The translations under genes were made by a program, and so were the position numbers. Positions 61,371-64,000 of a stretch of 64,000 bases of DNA are shown here, in pieces; the stretch's first letter is position 1; the number at the start of each line of letters is the position of its first letter. The stretch is taken from contig NZ_JBILTE010000001.1 of NCBI RefSeq assembly GCF_044371705.1, forward strand, positions 2,570 to 66,569. Direction: 5' to 3'. This DNA is from Flavobacterium sp. GTDB taxonomy: Bacteria; Bacteroidota; Bacteroidia; Flavobacteriales; Flavobacteriaceae. The notes beneath the pieces are model-generated. The model had not been told where the DNA came from. It did not search any database and saw only the letters and a list, made by a program, of their open reading frames with translations.

Positions 61371-61442
61371 AAAAAAAATCCCTAAAAGTGGGTATTGTAA
61401 AAGTGGTTTAATAAAATGAAATTTACAACACATCAGTAAGGT

Positions 61443-61757
61443 ATGTTTATAAGAATTATTAAATCTGAAATGAAGTGGTTGCTTTTGGCATTAGCAATTA
61501 CTTTGGTATTGACAAACGTTATTAATGCCAATACTTTAGCAAGAGGTGTGCACGTTGATGCACCTCAAACGTTCTTAGGGTTAAATTTGTTTTTGGAAAT
61601 TTTAGTTTTTTTTGCCTTTAATACCTTTGTGGTATTTGGTATTAAAGGTTTCTTTGAGATGTACTCTCAAAGATTTGCCAATGCCATTATCTTCTTTTCC
61701 GGAGTATTTTTGGCAGTGGTTATTTTTATTTTAAGTTATCAAATACTGATGATTTAA
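61443..61757 (+). CDS. Small membrane protein, function unknown
   Basis: 104 aa with three hydrophobic segments, followed by a terminator. Confidence 0.65.
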   Translation: MFIRIIKSEMKWLLLALAITLVLTNVINANTLARGVHVDAPQTFLGLNLFLEILVFFAFNTFVVFGIKGFFEMYSQRFANAIIFFSGVFLAVVIFILSYQILMI

Positions 61758-61781
61758 AAACTTTGCATACTTTACTTGATT

Positions 61782-61810
61782 AAAAACATCCTCAAAAGGG
61801 ATGTTTTTTT
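61782..61810. terminator. Bidirectional terminator between the hypothetical gene and folA
   Basis: AAAAACATCC/GGATGTTTTT inverted repeat. Confidence 0.75.
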
Positions 61811-62291
61811 ATTTTCTATGAAATGTTTGATAAGTAAATGAATAGTTGTGTTTGTCATCTTTTGGATGAAATTCTTCATTGGTCAATTCCCAAACTGTAG
61901 GGACTATTTCGGGGAAGAAAGTATCAGCTTCAAAAGTATCATGCACTCGCGTAATTTCTAAAATATCTGCAATACCTATAGATTGATTGTATATTTCTCC
62001 GCCACCAATAATGTAAGTGTCTTCATTTTTCGGACAAAGGTGCATTGCTTCTTGTAATGTATTGGCAATTAAACATCCTTCGGGTGTGTAGTTTTTTTGA
62101 CGGGTGATGATTACATGTGTTCGATTGGGTAATGGTTTCGGAAAACTTTCAAATGTTTTTCTACCCATGACAATGTAATGACCGGAAGTGAGTAGTTTGA
62201 ATCTTTTAAAATCATCGGGTAAGTGCCAAACTAAGTCGTTGTTTTTACCCAAGGCGTTATTTTCAGCAACTGCTGCAATTATAATAATCAT
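61809..62291 (-). CDS. folA: Dihydrofolate reductase
   Basis: IAAVAENNALG, WHLPDD, VMGRKTFES, PLPNR, IIGGGEIY and DTFFP. Confidence 0.97.
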   Translation of the reverse strand: MIIIIAAVAENNALGKNNDLVWHLPDDFKRFKLLTSGHYIVMGRKTFESFPKPLPNRTHVIITRQKNYTPEGCLIANTLQEAMHLCPKNEDTYIIGGGEIYNQSIGIADILEITRVHDTFEADTFFPEIVPTVWELTNEEFHPKDDKHNYSFTYQTFHRK

Positions 62292-62644
62292 TGTGTATTC
62301 TCATTTTTATCGTTCCATTCATTTTCAACTTTTGTTTTCAATTGTTCCAGACGTTTGTTTTGTTTGGCAATTAAACGATCTATTTGTTCACGCTCCCAAT
62401 CTTTATTCATAAAACGATCGGTGATGTACACTTTAATGAAATGTAAAATGAATAGAAAAAACCAGATAGTTAATGCCCAAATATACCAACCTTCAAAAGG
62501 TTGCACATCGTAAATTTTTTCAATGACAATAAAAAACAAACTTCCTACTAAGAATAATATGAAATGATAATACAATCTTTTTTTCTGTTTAATTCTTTTT
62601 CGGGCATATTCGTATTTTTCGTGTTGTTCTCGATCTATTTCCAT
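62288..62644 (-). CDS. 2TM domain-containing protein
   Basis: YEYARKRIKQKK..YYH then two TMs and WEREQI; ATGA overlap with folA. Confidence 0.8.
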   Translation of the reverse strand: MEIDREQHEKYEYARKRIKQKKRLYYHFILFLVGSLFFIVIEKIYDVQPFEGWYIWALTIWFFLFILHFIKVYITDRFMNKDWEREQIDRLIAKQNKRLEQLKTKVENEWNDKNENTQ

Positions 62645-62886
62645 GGTTCTTTGATTTTTCTGAATTGAAAGGTATACTTTTTTTAAAAAATAAAAAAATC
62701 TATTTTAATGATAATGAAATACGAAACCGTTTTTTTATTTACAATATTCAATCTAACTTATTATAAATTAACAATGTAACTTTTTTTTAATAGTGTTTTT
62801 AAGAATATGATAAAACGTATGCTAACTATTTGATTTCCATAATTCTATTCGTTCCTTTGTACCATAATTCTAAAAATTAGATAGTT

Positions 62887-63183
62887 ATGGCAATTAAGAA
62901 ACAATTTATAAAATCGAAACCAGTTTGTAAAGTAACTTTTTCGATAGAAGCTACTGAAGCTACTACTGCTGCAGTAATTGGTGATTTCAACAATTGGAAT
63001 CCAACAGCAGGAGAATTAAGCAAGTTGAAAAACGGTACTTTCAAAGCTACTTTTGAATTACCTGCTTCAAATTCGTATGAGTTCCGTTATTTAGTTGATG
63101 GTCAATTCATCAATGATACAGACGCGGATGATTACAAATGGAACGAGTTTGCTGCAGCTGAAAATAGCGTGGTAACCGTTTAA
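62887..63183 (+). CDS. Stand-alone isoamylase early-set / CBM48-like glycogen-binding domain protein
   Basis: 98 aa; VIGDFNNW and YEFRYLVDG motifs; no signal peptide. Confidence 0.85.
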   Translation: MAIKKQFIKSKPVCKVTFSIEATEATTAAVIGDFNNWNPTAGELSKLKNGTFKATFELPASNSYEFRYLVDGQFINDTDADDYKWNEFAAAENSVVTV

Positions 63184-63205
63184 TTCTCGATTTTAAAGAA
63201 AATTT

Positions 63206-63240
63206 AATCCGTTTGGTTTTTAACTAAACGGATTTTTTTT
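63206..63240. terminator. Bidirectional terminator between the CBM48-like gene and the tonB-domain gene
   Basis: AATCCGTTTGGTT-TTT-AACTAAACGGATT stem with a T run. Confidence 0.75.
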
Positions 63241-63669
63241 AATTTAAAGAAAAACTTATCGGAATTGACATCGTTACTCTAACGGGATCTTCCATGAAAT
63301 ATCCGTGAGTCATTTGAGGTAGTAACAAAATTATTCTTTTTGCTTCTTCTTCTAAAATTGGATCTGGTCCTCTAACTTTATCTATGGAAATAGAACCATC
63401 TTTTTCAATAACAAATGTTACAAGAACTTTCCCTTGGATGTTTTTTTTACTGCCTTTTTGGGATAATTAAAATTTTTAATGATATGTTCTTGAATTTTTT
63501 TATTAAAACATTGTCTTCTTTCATTCATTGGTAATTGTTCACAGCCTGGAAATATTGGAACGTTTTCAATGATTTGAAAACCTACTGTTTCCTGGCTCTC
63601 AGCTTCGGAATCAGTAGTTTGACCAACAACTGTCAACGAAAAAAATAAAAAATAAAAAATATATTTCAT
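63239..63669 (-). pseudogene. TonB C-terminal-domain protein split by a one-base frameshift in an A8 run
   Basis: The 5' frame MKYIF...IENVPIFPGC...FNYPKKAVKK continues in the -1 frame as NIQGKVLVTFVIEKDGSIS..VRGPDPILEEEAKRII..LP...PVRVTMSIPISFSLN* (143 aa when joined). The run is T8 at 63441..63448 on the + strand. Confidence 0.85.
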
Positions 63670-63678
63670 AAAATAATT

Positions 63679-64000
63679 TTAAACGGCTACTATTCCTTTA
63701 ATGTGCGGGTGCGGATCATAACCAACTAACGTAAAATCTTCAAAAGTAAAATCAAAAATATTTTTAATTTCCGGATTTAAAATCATTTTTGGTAAGGGTT
63801 TTGGCTCGCGTGAAAGTTGCAATTCTACTTGTTCAAAATGGTTGTTGTAGATGTGAGCATCACCAAAAGTGTGAATAAATTCTCCCGGTTGTAAATCGCA
63901 AACTTGAGCAACCATTAATGTAAACAATGCATACGAAGCAATGTTAAAGGGTACGCCTAAAAATATATCGGCACTTCGCTGGTACAATTGGCAACTTAAT
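63679..64000 (-). CDS. thyA: Thymidylate synthase, 3' part (5' end lies outside the window)
   Basis: [32 protein letters not shown] and YDPHPHIK; the frame stays open to the window edge. Confidence 0.97.
   Translation of the reverse strand, partial: LSCQLYQRSADIFLGVPFNIASYALFTLMVAQVCDLQPGEFIHTFGDAHIYNNHFEQVELQLSREPKPLPKMILNPEIKNIFDFTFEDFTLVGYDPHPHIKGIVAV

Noticed and set aside
1-64000. CRISPR array, rRNA, IS/transposase, prophage or multi-gene defence island
   Set aside because: No repeat-spacer arrays, rRNA-like sequence or transposase/integrase/phage motifs were recognised; nearly all of the window is accounted for by housekeeping or PUL genes.

Overview
This AT-rich 64 kb window looks like a Flavobacterium-type (Bacteroidota) chromosomal segment. 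That call is inferred from SusC/SusD, a T9SS C-terminal domain, PorT, mevalonate-pathway genes and TAnnTTTG promoter boxes. From left to right it holds: a GxxExxY (PD-(D/E)XK-like) gene with an in-frame stop, flanked by short repeats; a starch/maltose utilisation locus (GH65 phosphorylase, beta-PGM, MFS, LacI, SusC/D/E-like, T9SS-secreted GH13); AsmA; tRNA-Phe; a coaX-OMP-TPR-lptC-CorC-PPIase envelope cluster; HMG-CoA reductase with a GYDIA kinase; a RelE/ParE-type toxin-antitoxin pair; DPP-IV with two POT transporters; two thioredoxin-fold genes; comEC, NlpC/P60, lpxB, surE, an S41 protease and two nucleases; the mre/rod operon; purH, accD, fbaA, an Omp85-family protein, trmH-like, porT, menG and folA; a CBM48-like gene; a frameshifted TonB-domain gene; and the 3' end of thyA. 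No CRISPR array, rRNA, transposase or integrase was seen. The strongest leads are: (1) short 7-9 bp repeat arrays in operon spacers, including a periodic four-module hairpin between fbaA and accD and the repeats around the GxxExxY gene, which may be one insertion or RNA-element system; (2) an exact 18-bp sequence shared by the two divergent leaders of the maltose locus, making those leaders complementary; (3) a TonB-domain gene restorable by a -1 shift at an A8 run; (4) a POT transporter with paired loss of the conserved TM1 Arg and TM7 Glu. All functional interpretations are unverified and were made without database searches.
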